DNA from: Eledone cirrhosa
Taxonomy: Eukaryota
Direction: 5' to 3'
DNA: 64,000 nucleotides
Assembly (NCBI GenBank): GCA_964016885.1
Contig: OZ024743.1
Coordinates: 4,960,001-5,024,000 of the forward strand
Numbering within the stretch: the stretch's first letter is position 1; each line of letters opens with the position of its first letter. Of the stretch, positions 1-17,400 are shown in pieces. The notes under the pieces are model-generated. The model was not told where the DNA came from. It did no database searches and was given only the letters and a program-made list of their open reading frames with translations. The translations under genes were made by a program, and so were the position numbers.

Positions 1-2421
1 ACCATCACCACCACCATCAACACTACCATGACCACCACCATCACTACTACCATCACCACCACCATCAACACTACCATCACCACCACCATCAACTCTACCA
101 TCACCACTACCATCAACACTACCATCACCACTACCATCATCACTACCATCACCTCTACCATCACCACCACCATCAACACTACCATCACCACCACCATCAA
201 CACTACCATGACCACCACCATCAACTCTACCATCACCACTACCATCAACACTACCATCACCACTACCATCATCACTACCATCACCACTACCATCACCACC
301 ACCATCAACACTACCATCACCACTACCATCACCACCACCATCAACACTACCATCACAACCACCATCAACACTACCATGACCACCACCATCAACTCTACCA
401 TCACCACTACCATCAACACTACCATCACCACTACCATCATCACTACCATCAGCACTACCATCACCACCACCATCAACACTACCATCACCACCACAATCAA
501 CACTACCATCACCACTACCATCAACACTACCATCACCACTACCATCATCACTACCATCACTACTACCATCACCACCACCATCAACACTACCATCACCACC
601 ACCATCAAAACTACCATGATCACCACCATCAACACTACCATCACCACTACCATCAACACTACCATCACCACTACCATCATCACTACCATCACCACTACCA
701 TCACCACCACCATCAACACTACCATCACCACTACCATCACCACTACCATCACCACCACCATCACCACTACCATCAACACTACCATCACCACTACCATCAC
801 CACCACCATCACCACTACCATCACCACCACCATCACCACTACCATCACCACCACCATCACCACTACCATCACCACTACCATCAACACTACCATCAACACT
901 ACCATCGCCACCACCATCAACACTACCATCACCACTACCATCACCACTACCATCACCACCACCATCAACACTACCATCACCACTACCATCACCACCACCA
1001 TCACCACTACCATCACCACTACCATCACCACTACCATCAACACTACCATCACCACTACCATCAACACTACCATCACCACTACCATCACCACCACCATCAA
1101 CACTACCATCACCACCACCATCATCACTACCATCACCACTACCATCACCGCCACCATCAACACTACCATCACCACCACCATCAACACTACCATCACCACT
1201 ACCATCACCACTACCATCAACACTACCATCACCACTACCATCACCACCACCATCAACACTACCATCACCAGCACCATCATCACTACCATCACCACCACCA
1301 TCAACAATACCATCACCACCACCATCAACACTACCATCACCACTACCATCAACACTACCATCAACACTACCATCAACACTACCATCAACACTACCATCAC
1401 CACTACCATCATTACTACCATCACCACTACCATCACCACCACCATCAACACTACCATCGCCACCACCATCAACACTACCATCACCACCACCATCAACACT
1501 ACCATGACCACCACCATCAACACTACCATCACCTCTACCATGAACACTACCATCACCACTACCATCATAACTACCATCACCTCTACCATCACCACCACCA
1601 TCACCACTACCATGACCACCACCATCAACTCTACCATCACCACTACCATCAACACTACCATCACCACTACCATCATCACTACCATAACCACTACCATCAC
1701 CACCACCATCACCACTACCATCAACACTACCATCACCACTACCATCATCACTACCATCACCACTACCATCACCACCACCATCAACACTACCATCACCACC
1801 ACCATCAACACTACCATGACCACCACCATCAACTCTACCATCACCACTACCATCAACACTACCATCACCACTACCATCATCACTACCATCACCACTACCA
1901 TCACCACCACCATCAACACTACCATCACCACCACCATCAACACTACCATGACCACCACCATCAACACTACAATCACGACTACCATCAACACTACCATCAC
2001 CACTACCATCACCACTACCATCAACACTACCATCACCACTACCATCATCACTACCATCACCACTACCATCACCACCACCATCAACACTACCATCACCACC
2101 ACCATCAACACTACCATGACCACCACCATCACTACTACCATCACCACCACCATCAACACTACCATCACCACCACCATCAAAACTACCATGACCACCACCA
2201 TCAACACTACCATCACCACTACCATCAACACTACCATCACCACTACCATCATCACTACCATCACCACTACCATCATCACCACCATCAACACTACCATCAC
2301 CACTACCATCACCACTACCATCACCACCACCATCACCACTACCATCAACACTACCATCACCACTACCATCACCACCACCATCACCACTACCATCACCACC
2401 CCCCCCCCCCCCCCCCCCCCC

Positions 2422-2459
<38 letters not shown>

Positions 2460-5400
2460 ACCCCCCCACCCCCCCCCCCCCCCCCCACCACCATCACCAC
2501 TACCATCACCACCACCATCACCACTACCATCACCACCACCATCACCACTACCATCACCACTACCATCAACACTACCATCAACAATACCATCGCCACCACC
2601 ATCAACACTACCATCACCACTACCATCACCACTACCATCACCACCACCATCAACACTACCATCACCACTACCATCACCACCACCATCACCACTACCATCA
2701 CCACTACCATCACCACTACCATCAACACTACCATCACCACTACCATCAACACTACCATCACCACTACCATCACCACCACCATCAACACTACCATCACCAC
2801 CACCATCATCACTACCATCACCACTACCATCACCGCCACCATCAACACTACCATCACCACCACCATCAACACTACCATCACCACTACCATCACCACTACC
2901 ATCAACACTACCATCACCACTACCATCACCACCACCATCAACACTACCATCACCAGCACCATCATCACTACCATCACCACTACCATCACCACTACCATCA
3001 ACACTACCATCACCACTACCATCAACACTACCATCAACACTACCATCAACACTACCATCACCACTACCATCACCACCACCATCAACACTACCATCACCAC
3101 CACCATCAACACTACCATCACCACCACCATCAACACTACCATCACCACTACCATCAACACTACCATCAACACTACCATCAACACTACCATCAACACTACC
3201 ATCACCACTACCATCATTACTACCATCACCACTACCATCACCACCACCATCAACACTACCATCACCACCACCATCAACACTACCATCACCACCACCATCA
3301 ACACTACCATGACCACCACCATCAACACTAACATCACCACTACCATCACCACCACCATCACCACTACCATCACCACCACCATCACCACTACCATCACCAC
3401 CACCATCACCACTACCATCACCACTACCATCAACACTACCATCAACACTACCATCGCCACCACCATCAACACTACCATCACCACTACCATCACCACTACC
3501 ATCACCACCACCATCAACACTACCATCACCACTACCATCACCACCACCATCAACACTACCATCACCAGCACCATCATCACTACCATCACCACTACCATCA
3601 CCACTACCATCAACACTACCATCACCACTACCATCAACACTACCATCAACACTACCATCAACACTACCATCACCACTACCATCACCACCACCATCAACAC
3701 TACCATCACCACCACCATCAACACTACCATCACCACCACCATCAACACTACCATCACCACTACCATCAACACTACCATCAACACTACCATCAACACTACC
3801 ATCACCACTACCATCACCACTACCATCAACACTACCATCACCACTACCATCATCACTACCATCACCTCTACCATCACCACCACCATCAACACTACCATCA
3901 CCACCACCATCAACACTACCATGACCACCACCATCAACTCTACCATCACCACTACCATCAACACTACCATCACCACTACCATCATCACTACCATCACCAC
4001 TACCATCACCACCACCATCAACACTACCATCACCACCACCATCAACACTACCATGACCACCACCATCAACACTACCATCACCACTACCATCAACACTACC
4101 ATCACCACTACCATCATCACTACCATCACCACTACCATCACCACCACCATCAACACTACCATCACCACTACCATCACCACTACCATCACCAGCACCATCA
4201 CCACTACCATCAACACTACCATCACCACTACCATCACCACCACCATCACCACTACCATCACCACCACCATCACCACTACCATCACCACCACCATCACCAC
4301 TACCATCACCACTACCATCAACACTACCATCAACACTACCATCGCCACCACCATCAACACTACCATCACCACTACCATCACCACTACCATCACCACCACC
4401 ATCAACACTACCATCACCACTACCATCACCACCACCATCACCACTACCATCACCACTACCATCACCACTACCATCAACACTACCATCACCACTACCATCA
4501 ACACTACCATCACCACTACCATCAACACTACCATCACCACCACCATCAACACTACCATCACCACTACCATCACCACCACCATCACCACTACCATCACCAC
4601 TACCATCACCACTACCATCAACACTAACATCACCACCACCATCAACACTACCATCACCACTACCATCAACACTACCATCACCACTACCATCAACACTACC
4701 ATCACCACTACCATCACCACCACCATCACCACTACCATCACCACCACCATCAACACTACCATCACCACTACCATCACCAGCACCATCAACACTACCATCA
4801 CCACTACCATCACCACTACCATCAACACTACCATCACCACTACCATCAACACTACCATCAACACTACCATCACCACTACCATCACCACCACCATCACCAC
4901 TACCATCACCACTACCATCAACACTACCATCGCCACTACCATCAACACTACCATCAACACTACCATCACCACTACCATCACCACCACCATCACCACTACC
5001 ATCACCACTACCATCAACACTACCATCACCACTACCATCAACACTACCATCAACACTACCATCACCACTACCATCACCACTACCATCACCACTACCATCA
5101 ACACTACCATCAACACTACCATCAACACTACCATCAACACTACCATCAACACTACCATCACCACTACCATCATCACTACCATCAACACTACCATCACCAC
5201 TACCATCACCACCACCATCACCACCACCATCAACACTACCATCACCACCACCATCAACACTACCATCACCACTACCATCACCACTACCATCACCACCACC
5301 ATCAACACTACCATCAACACTACCATCAACACTACCATCAACACTACCATCACCACCACCATCAACACTACCATCACCACCACCATCACCACTACCATCA

Positions 5401-8400
5401 CCACTACCATCAACACTACCTTCAACACTACCATCAACACTACCATCACCACTACCATCACCACTACCATCACCACTACCATCAACACTACCATCACCAC
5501 CACCATCAACACTACCATCACCACTACCATCACCACTACCATCACCACTACCATCACCACTACCATCACCACTACCATCACCACTACCATCACCACCACC
5601 ATCAACACTACCATCACCACTACCATCACCACTACCATCACCACTACCATCACCACTACCATCACCACTACCATCACCACCACCATCAACACTACCATCA
5701 CCACCACCATCAACACTACCATCACCACTACCATCACCACTACCATCACCACCAGCATCAACACTACCATCAACACTACCATCAACACTACCATCAACAC
5801 TACCATCACCACCACCATCAACACTACCATCACCACCACCATCATCACTACCATCACCACTACCATCAACACTACCATCAACACTACCATCACCACTACC
5901 ATCACCACCACCATCACCACTACCATCACCACCACCATCAACACTACCATCACCACTACCATCACCACCATCACCACTACCATCACCACCACCATCAACA
6001 CTACCATCACCACTACCATCACCACCACCATCAACACTACCATCACCACTACCATCAACACTACCATCACCACTACCATCAACACTACCATCACCACTAC
6101 CATCAACACTACCATCACCACTACCATCAACACTACCATCACCACTACCATCAACACTACCATCACCACCACCATCATCACTACCATCACCACTACCATC
6201 AACACTACCATCAACACTACCATCACCACTACCCTCACCACCACCATCACCACTACCATCACCACCACCATCAACACTACCATCACCACTACCATCACCA
6301 CCACCATCACCACTACCATCACCACCACCATCAACACTACCATCACCACTACCATCACCACCACCATCAACACGACCATCACCACTACCATCACCACGAC
6401 CATCAACACTACCATCACCACTACCATCAACACTACCATCACCACTACCATCAACACTACCATCACCACTACCATCACCGCCACCATCAACACTACCATC
6501 ACCACTACCATCACCAGTACCATCACCACTACCATCAACACTACCATCACCACTACCATCAACACTACCATCACCACCACCATCACCACCACCATCAACA
6601 CTACCATCACCACTACCATCACCACTACCATCACCACCACCATCACCACTACCATCAACACTACCATCACCACTACCATCACCACCACCATCACCACTAC
6701 CATCACCACCACCATCACCACTACCATCACCACCACCATCACCACTACCATCACCACTACCATCAACACTACCATCAACACTACCATCGCCACCACCATC
6801 AACACTACCATCACCACTACCATCAACACTACCATCACCACCACCATCAACACTACCATCACCACTACCATCACCACCACCATCACCACTACCATCACCA
6901 CTACCATCACCACTACCATCAACACTACCATCACCACTACCATCAACACTACCATCACCACTACCATCAACACTACCATCACCACCACCATCAACACTAC
7001 CATCACCACTACCATCACCACCACCATCACCACTACCATCACCACTACCATCACCACTACCATCAACACTAACATCACCACCACCATCAACACTACCATC
7101 ACCACTACCATCAACACTACCATCACCACTATCATCAACACTACCATCACCACTACCATCACCACCACCATCACCACTACCATCACCACCACCATCAACA
7201 CTACCATCACCACTACCATCACCAGCACCATCAACAATACCATCACCACTACCATCACCACTACCATCAACACTACCATCAACACTACCATCACCACTAC
7301 CATCAACACTACCATCAACACTACCATCACCACTACCATCACCACCACCATCACCACTACCATCACCACTACCATCAACACTACCATCACCACTACCATC
7401 AACACTACCATCAACACTACCATCACCACTACCATCACCACCACCATCACCACTACCATCACCACTACCATCAACACTACCATCACCACTACCATCAACA
7501 CTACCATCAACACTACCATCACCACTACCATCACCACTACCATCACCACTACCATCAACACTACCATCAACACTACCATCAACACTACCATCAACACTAC
7601 CATCAACACTACCATCACCACTACCATCATCACTACCATCAACACTACCATCACCACTACCATCACCACCACCATCACCACCACCATCAACACTACCATC
7701 ACCACCACCATCAACACTACCATCACCACTACCATCACCACTACCATCACCACCACCATCAACACTACCATCAACACTACCATCAACACTACCATCAACA
7801 CTACCATCACCACCACCATCAACACTACCATCACCACCACCATCACCACTACCATCACCACTACCATCAACACTACCTTCAACACTACCATCAACACTAC
7901 CATCACCACTACCATCACCACTACCATCACCACTACCATCAACACTACCATCACCACCACCATCAACACTACCATCACCACTACCATCACCACTACCATC
8001 ACCACTACCATCACCACTACCATCACCACTACCATCACCACTACCATCACCACCACCATCAACACTACCATCACCACTACCATCACCACTACCATCACCA
8101 CTACCATCACCACTACCATCACCACTACCATCACCACCACCATCAACACTACCATCACCACCACCATCAACACTACCATCACCATTACCATCACCACTAC
8201 CATCACCACCACCATCAACACTACCATCAACACTACCATCAACACTACCATCAACACTACCATCACCACCACCATCAACACTACCATCACCACCACCATC
8301 ATCACTACCATCACCACTACCATCAACACTACCATCAACACTACCATCACCACTACCATCACCACCACCATCACCACTACCATCACCACCACCATCAACA

Positions 8401-11400
8401 CTACCATCACCACTACCATCACCACCATCACCACTACCATCACCACCACCATCAACACTACCATCACCACTACCATCACCACCATCAACACTACCATCAC
8501 CACTACCATCAACACTACCATCACCACTACCATCAACACTACCATCACCACTACCATCAACACTACCATCACCACTACCATCAACACTACCATCACCACT
8601 ACCATCAACACTACCATCACCACCACCATCATCACTACCATCACCACTACCATCAACACTACCATCAACACTACCATCACCACTACCCTCACCACCACCA
8701 TCACCACTACCATCACCACCACCATCAACACTACCATCACCACTACCATCACCACCACCATCACCACTACCATCACCACCACCATCAACACTACCATCAC
8801 CACTACCATCACCACCACCATCAACACTACCATCACCACTACCATCAACACTACCATCACCACTACCATCAACACTACCATCACCACTACCATCACCGCC
8901 ACCATCAACACTACCATCACCACTACCATCACCAGTACCATCACCACTACCATCAACACTACCATCACCACTACCATCAACACTACCATCACCACCACCA
9001 TCACCACCACCATCAACACTACCATCACCACTACCATCACTACTACCATCAACACTACCATCACCACTACCATCAACACTACCATCACCACTACCATCAC
9101 CACTACCATCACCACTACCATCACCACTACCATCACCATCACCATCAACACTACCATCACCACTACCATCACCACTACCATCAACACTACCATCAACACT
9201 ACCATCAACACTACCATCACCACTACCATCACCACTACCATCAACACTACCATCACCACTACCATCAACACTACCATCAACACTACCATCAACACTACCA
9301 TCACCACTACCATCACCACCACCATCAACACTACCATCACCACCACCATCAACACTACCATCACCACCACCATCAACACTACCATCACCACTACCATCAA
9401 CACTACCATCAACACTACCATCAACACTACCATCAACACTACCATCACCACTACCATCATTACTACCATCACCACTACCATCACCACCACCATCAACACT
9501 ACCATCACCACCACCATCAACACTACCATCACCACCACCATCAACACTACCATGACCACCACCATCAACACTACCATCACCACTACCATCAACACTACCA
9601 TCACCACTACCATCATCACTACCATCACCTCTACCATCACCACCACCATCAACACTACCATCACCACCACCATCAACACTACCATGACCACCACCATCAA
9701 CTCTACCATCACCACTACCATCAACACTACCATCACCACTACCATCATCACTACCATCACCACTACCATCACCACCACCATCAACACTACCATGACCACC
9801 ACCATCAACACTACCATCACCACTACCATCAACACTACCATCACCACTACCATCATCACTACCATCACCACTACCATCACCACCACCATCAACACTACCA
9901 TCACCACTACCATCACCACTACCATCACCACCACCATCACCACTACCATCAACACTACCATCACCACTACCATCACCACCACCATCACCACTACCATCAC
10001 CACCACCATCACCACTACCATCACCACCACCATCACCACTACCATCACCACTACCATCAACACTACCATCAACACTACCATCGCCACCACCATCAACACT
10101 ACCATCACCACTACCATCACCACTACCATCACCACCACCATCAACACTACCATCACCACTACCATCACCACCACCATCACCACTACCATCACCACTACCA
10201 TCACCACTACCATCAACACTACCATCACCACTACCATCAACACTACCATCACCACTACCATCAACACTACCATCACCACCACCATCAACACTACCATCAC
10301 CACTACCATCACCACCACCATCACCACTACCATCACCACTACCATCACCACTACCATCAACACTAACATCACCACCACCATCAACACTACCATCACCACT
10401 ACCATCAACACTACCATCACCACTACCATCAACACTACCATCACCACTACCATCACCACCACCATCACCACTACCATCACCACCACCATCAACACTACCA
10501 TCACCACTACCATCACCAGCACCATCAACACTACCATCACCACTACCATCACCACTACCATCAACACTACCATCACCACTACCATCAACACTACCATCAA
10601 CACTACCATCACCACTACCATCACCACCACCATCACCACTACCATCACCACTACCATCAACACTACCATCACCACTACCATCAACACTACCATCAACACT
10701 ACCATCACCACTACCATCACCACCACCATCACCACTACCATCACCACTACCATCAACACTACCATCACCACTACCATCAACACTACCATCAACACTACCA
10801 TCACCACTACCATCACCACTACCATCACCACTACCATCAACACTACCATCAACACTACCATCAACACTACCATCAACACTACCATCAACACTACCATCAC
10901 CACTACCATCATCACTACCTTCAACACTACCATCACCACTACCATCACCACCACCATCACCACCACCATCAACACTACCATCACCACCACCATCAACACT
11001 ACCATCACCACTACCATCACCACTACCATCACCACCACCATCAACACTACCATCAACACTACCATCAACACTACCATCAACACTACCATCACCACTACCA
11101 TCACCACTACCATCACCACCACCATCAACACTACCATCAACACTACCATCAACACTACCATCAACACTACCATCAACACTACCATCAACACTACCATCAA
11201 CACTACCATCAACACTACCATCATCACTACCTTCAACACTACCATCACCACTACCATCACCACCACCATCACCACCACCATCAACACTACCATCACCACC
11301 ACCATCAACACTACCATCACCACTACCATCACCACTACCATCACCACCACCATCAACACTACCATCAACACTACCATCACCACTACCATCACCACTACCA

Positions 11401-14400
11401 TCACCACCACCATCAACACTACCATCAACACTACCATCAACACTACCATCAACACCACCATCACCACCACCATCAACACTACCATCACCACCACCATCAC
11501 CACTACCATCACCACTACCATCAACACTACCTTCAACACTACCATCAACACTACCATCAACACTACCATCAACACTACCATCACCACCACCATCAACACT
11601 ACCATCACCACTACCATCACCACTACCATCAACACTACCATCACCACTACCATCACCACTACCATCACCACTACCATCACCAACCACCATCAACACTACC
11701 ATCACCACTACCATCACCACTACCATCACCACTACCATCACCACTACCATCACCACTACCATCACCACCACCATCAACACTACCATCACCACCACCATCA
11801 CCACTACCATCACCACTACCATCAACACTACCTTCAACACTACCATCAACACTACCATCACCACTACCATCACCACTACCATCACCACCACCATCAACAC
11901 TGCCATCACCACTACCATCACCACTACCATCACCACCACCATCAACACTACCATCAACACTACCATCAACACTACCATCAACACTACCATCACCACCACC
12001 ATCAACACTACCATCACCACCACCATCATCACTACCATCACCACTACCAGCAACACTACCATCAACACTACCATCACCACTACCATCACCACCACCATCA
12101 CCACTACCATCACCACCACCATCAACACTACCATCACCACTACCATCACCACCATCACCACTACCATCACCACCACCATCAACACTACCATCACCACTAC
12201 CATCACCAACACCATCAACACTACCATCACCACTACCATCACCACCACCATCAACACTACCATCACCACTACCATCAACACTACCATCACCACTACCATC
12301 AACACTACCATCACCACTACCATCAACACTACCATCACCACTACCATCAACACTACCATCACCACTACCATCAACACTACCATCACCACCACCATCATCA
12401 CTACCATCACCACTACCATCAACACTACCATCAACACTACCATCACCACTACCATCACCACCACCATCACCACTACCATCACCACCACCATCAACACTAC
12501 CATCACCACTACCATCACCACCACCATCACCACTACCATCACCACCACCATCAACACTACCATCACCACTACCATCACCACCACCATCAACACTACCATC
12601 ACCACTACCATCACCACCACCATCAACACTACCATCACCACTACCATCAACACTACCATCACCACTACCATCAACACTACCATCACCACTACCATCACCA
12701 GTAATCATCACCACTACCATCAACACTACCATCACCACTACCATCAACACTACCATCACCACCACCATCACCACCACCATCAACACTACCATCACCACTA
12801 CCATCACTACTACCATCAACACTACCATCACCACTACCATCAACACTACCATCACCACTACCATCACCACTACCATCACCACTACCATCACCACTACCAT
12901 CACCACCAACATCAACACTACCATCACCACTACCATCACCACTACCATCAACACTACCATCAACACTACCATCAACACTACCATCACCACTACCATCAAC
13001 ACTACCATCACCACCACCATCATCACTACCATCACCACTACCATCAACACTACCATCAACACTACCATCACCACTACCATCACCACCACCATCACCACTA
13101 CCATCACCACCACCATCAACACTACCATCACCACTACCATCACCACCACCATCACCACTACCATCACCACCACCATCAACACTACCATCACCACTACCAT
13201 CACCACCACCATCAACACTACCATCACCACTACCATCACCACCACCATCAACACTACCATCACCACTACCATCAACACTACCATCACCACTACCATCAAC
13301 ACTACCATCACCACTATCATCACCAGTACCATCACCACTACCATCAACACTACCATCACCACTACCATCAACACTACCATCACCACCACCATCACCACCA
13401 CCATCAACACTACCATCACCACTACCATCACTACTACCATCAACACTACCATCAACACTACCATCACCACCACCATCACCACCACCATCAACACTACCAT
13501 CACCACTACCATCACTACTACCATCAACACTACCATCACCACTACCATCAACACTACCATCAACACTACCATCACCACTACCATCACCACCACCATCACC
13601 ACTACCATCACCACCACCATCAACACTACCATCACCACTACCATCACCACCACCATCACCACTACCATCACCACTACCATCAACACTACCTTCAACACTA
13701 CCATCAACACTACCATCACCACTACCATCACCACTACCATCACCACCACCATCAACACTACCATCACCACTACCATCACCACTACCATCACCACTACCAT
13801 CACCACTACCATCACCACCACCATCAACACTACCATCACCACCACCATCAACACTACCATCACCACTACCATCACCACTACCATCACCACCACCATCAAC
13901 ACTACCATCAACACTACCATCAACACTACCATCAACACTACCATCACCACCACCATCAACACTACCATCACCACCACCATCATCACTACCATCACCACTA
14001 CCATCAACACTACCATCAACACTACCATCACCACTACCATCACCACCACCATCACCACTACCATCACCACCACCATCACCACTACCATCACCACCACCAT
14101 CAACACTACCATCACCACTACCATCACCACCATCACCACTACCATCACCACCACCATCAACACTACCATCACCACTACCATCACCACCACCATCAACACT
14201 ACCATCACCACTACCATCACCACCACCATCAACACTACCATCAACACTACCATCAACACTACCATCAACACTACCATCAACACTACCATCACCACTACCA
14301 TCAACACTACCATCACCACTACCATCATCACTACCATCACCACTACCATCACCACTACCATCACCACCACCATCAACACTACCATCACCACTACCATCAC

Positions 14401-17400
14401 CACCACCATCAACACTACCATCAACACTACCATCAACACTACCATCACCACTACCATCAACACTACCATCACCACTACCATCAACACTACCATCACCACT
14501 ACCATCAACACTACCATCACCACTACCATCACCACTACCATCACCACTACCATCACCACCACCATCACCACTACCATCACCACCACCATCAACACTACCA
14601 TCACCACTACCATCACCACCACCATCAACACTACCATCACCACCTCCATTACCACCACCATCAACACTACCATCACCACTACCATCAACACTACCATCAC
14701 CACTACCATCAACACTACCATCACCACCACCATCGCCACCACCATCAACACTACCATCACCACCACCATCAACACTACCATCACCACTACCATCACCACC
14801 ACCATCAACACTACCATCACCACCACCATCAACACTACTATCACCACTACCATCACCTCTACCATCACCACTACCATCACCACCACCATCAACACTACCA
14901 TCACCACCACCATCAACACTACCATCAACACTACCATCACCACCACCATCAACACTACCATCACCACTACCATCAACACTACCATCAACACTACCATCAC
15001 CACCACCATCACCACTACCATCACCACCACCATCACCACTACCATCACCACCACCATCACCACTACCATCACCACTACCATCAACACTACCATCAACACT
15101 ACCATCGCCACCACCATCAACACTACCATCACCACTACCATCACCACTACCATCACCACCACCATCAACACTACCATCACCACTACCATCACCACCACCA
15201 TCACCACTACCATCACCACTACCATCACCACTACCATCAACACTACCATCACCACCACCATCAACACTACCATCACCACTACCATCACCACTACCATCAC
15301 CACCACCATCAACACTACCATCAACACTACCATCAACACTACCATCAACACTACCATCACCACCACCATCAACACTACCATCACCACCACCATCACCACT
15401 ACCATCACCACTACCATCAACACTACCTTCAACACTACCATCAACACTACCATCACCACTACCATCACCACTACCATCACCACTACCATCAACACTACCA
15501 TCACCACCACCATCAACACTACCATCACCACTACCATCACCACTACCATCACCACTACCATCACCACTACCATCACCACCACCATCAACACTACCATCAC
15601 CACCACCATCAACACTACCATCACCACTACCATCACCACTACCATCACCACCACCATCAACACTACCATCAACACTACCATCAACACTACCATCAACACT
15701 ACCATCACCACCACCATCAACACTACCATCACCACCACCATCATCACTACCATCAACCACTACCATCAACACTACCATCAACACTACCATCACCACTACC
15801 ATCACCACCACCATCACCACTACCATCACCACCACCATCACCACTACCATCACCACCACCATCAACACTACCATCACCACTACCATCACCACCATCACCA
15901 CTACCATCACCACCACCATCAACACTACCATCACCACCACCATCAACACTACCATCAACACTACCATCACCACCACCATCAACACTACCATCACCACTAC
16001 CATCAACACTACCATCAACACTACCATCACCACACCATACACCACTACCATCACCACCACCATCACCACTACCATCACCACCACCATCACCACTACCATC
16101 ACCACTACCATCAACACTACCATCAACACTACCATCGCCACCACCATCAACACTACCATCACCACTACCATCACCACTACCATCACCACCACCATCAACA
16201 CTACATCACCACTACCATCACCACCACCATCACCACTACATCACCACTACCATCACCACTACCATCAACACTACCATCACCACTACCATCAACACTACCA
16301 TCACCACTACCATCACCACCACCATCAACACTACCATCACCACCACCATCATCACTACCATCACCACTACCATCACCGCCACCATCAACACTACCATCAC
16401 CACCACCATCAACACTACCATCACCACTACCATCACCACTACCATCAACACTACCATCACCACTACCATCACCACCACCATCAACACTACCATCACCAGC
16501 ACATCATCACTACCATCACCACTACCATCAACACTACCATCAACACTACCATCGCCACCACCATCACCACTACCATCACCGCCACCATCAACACTACCAT
16601 CACCACCACCATCAACACTACCATCACCACTACCATCACCACTACCATCAACACTACCATCACCACTACCATCACCACCACCATCAACACTACCATCACC
16701 AGCACCATCATCACTACCATCACCACCACCATCAACAATACCATCACCACCACCATCAACACTACCATCACCACTACCATCAACACTACCATCAACACTA
16801 CCATCAACACTACCATCAACACTACCATCACCACTACCATCATTACTACCATCACCACTACCATCACCACCACCATCAACACTACCATCACCACCACCAT
16901 CAACACTACCATCACCACCACCATCAACACTACCATGACCACCACCATCAACACTACCATCACCTCTACCATGAACACTACCATCACCACTACCATCATA
17001 ACTACCATCACCTCTACCATCACCACCACCATCACCACTACCATGACCACCACCATCAACTCTACCATCACCACTACCATCAACACTACCATCACCACTA
17101 CCATCATCACTACCATAACCACTACCATCACCACCACCATCACCACTACCATCAACACTACCATCACCACTACCATCATCACTACCATCACCACTACCAT
17201 CACCACCACCATCAACACTACCATCACCACCACCATCAACACTACCATGACCACCACCATCAACTCTACCATCACCACTACCATCAACACTACCATCACC
17301 ACTACCATCATCACTACCATCACCACTACCATCACCACCACCATCAACACTACCATCACCACCACCATCAACACTACCATGACCACCACCATCAACACTA

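Noticed and set aside
2400-2487. Poly-C tract in the satellite as a G-quadruplex element or poly-Pro exon
   Set aside because: Residual A residues and the resumption of the same variant series suggest a base-calling or polishing artefact.
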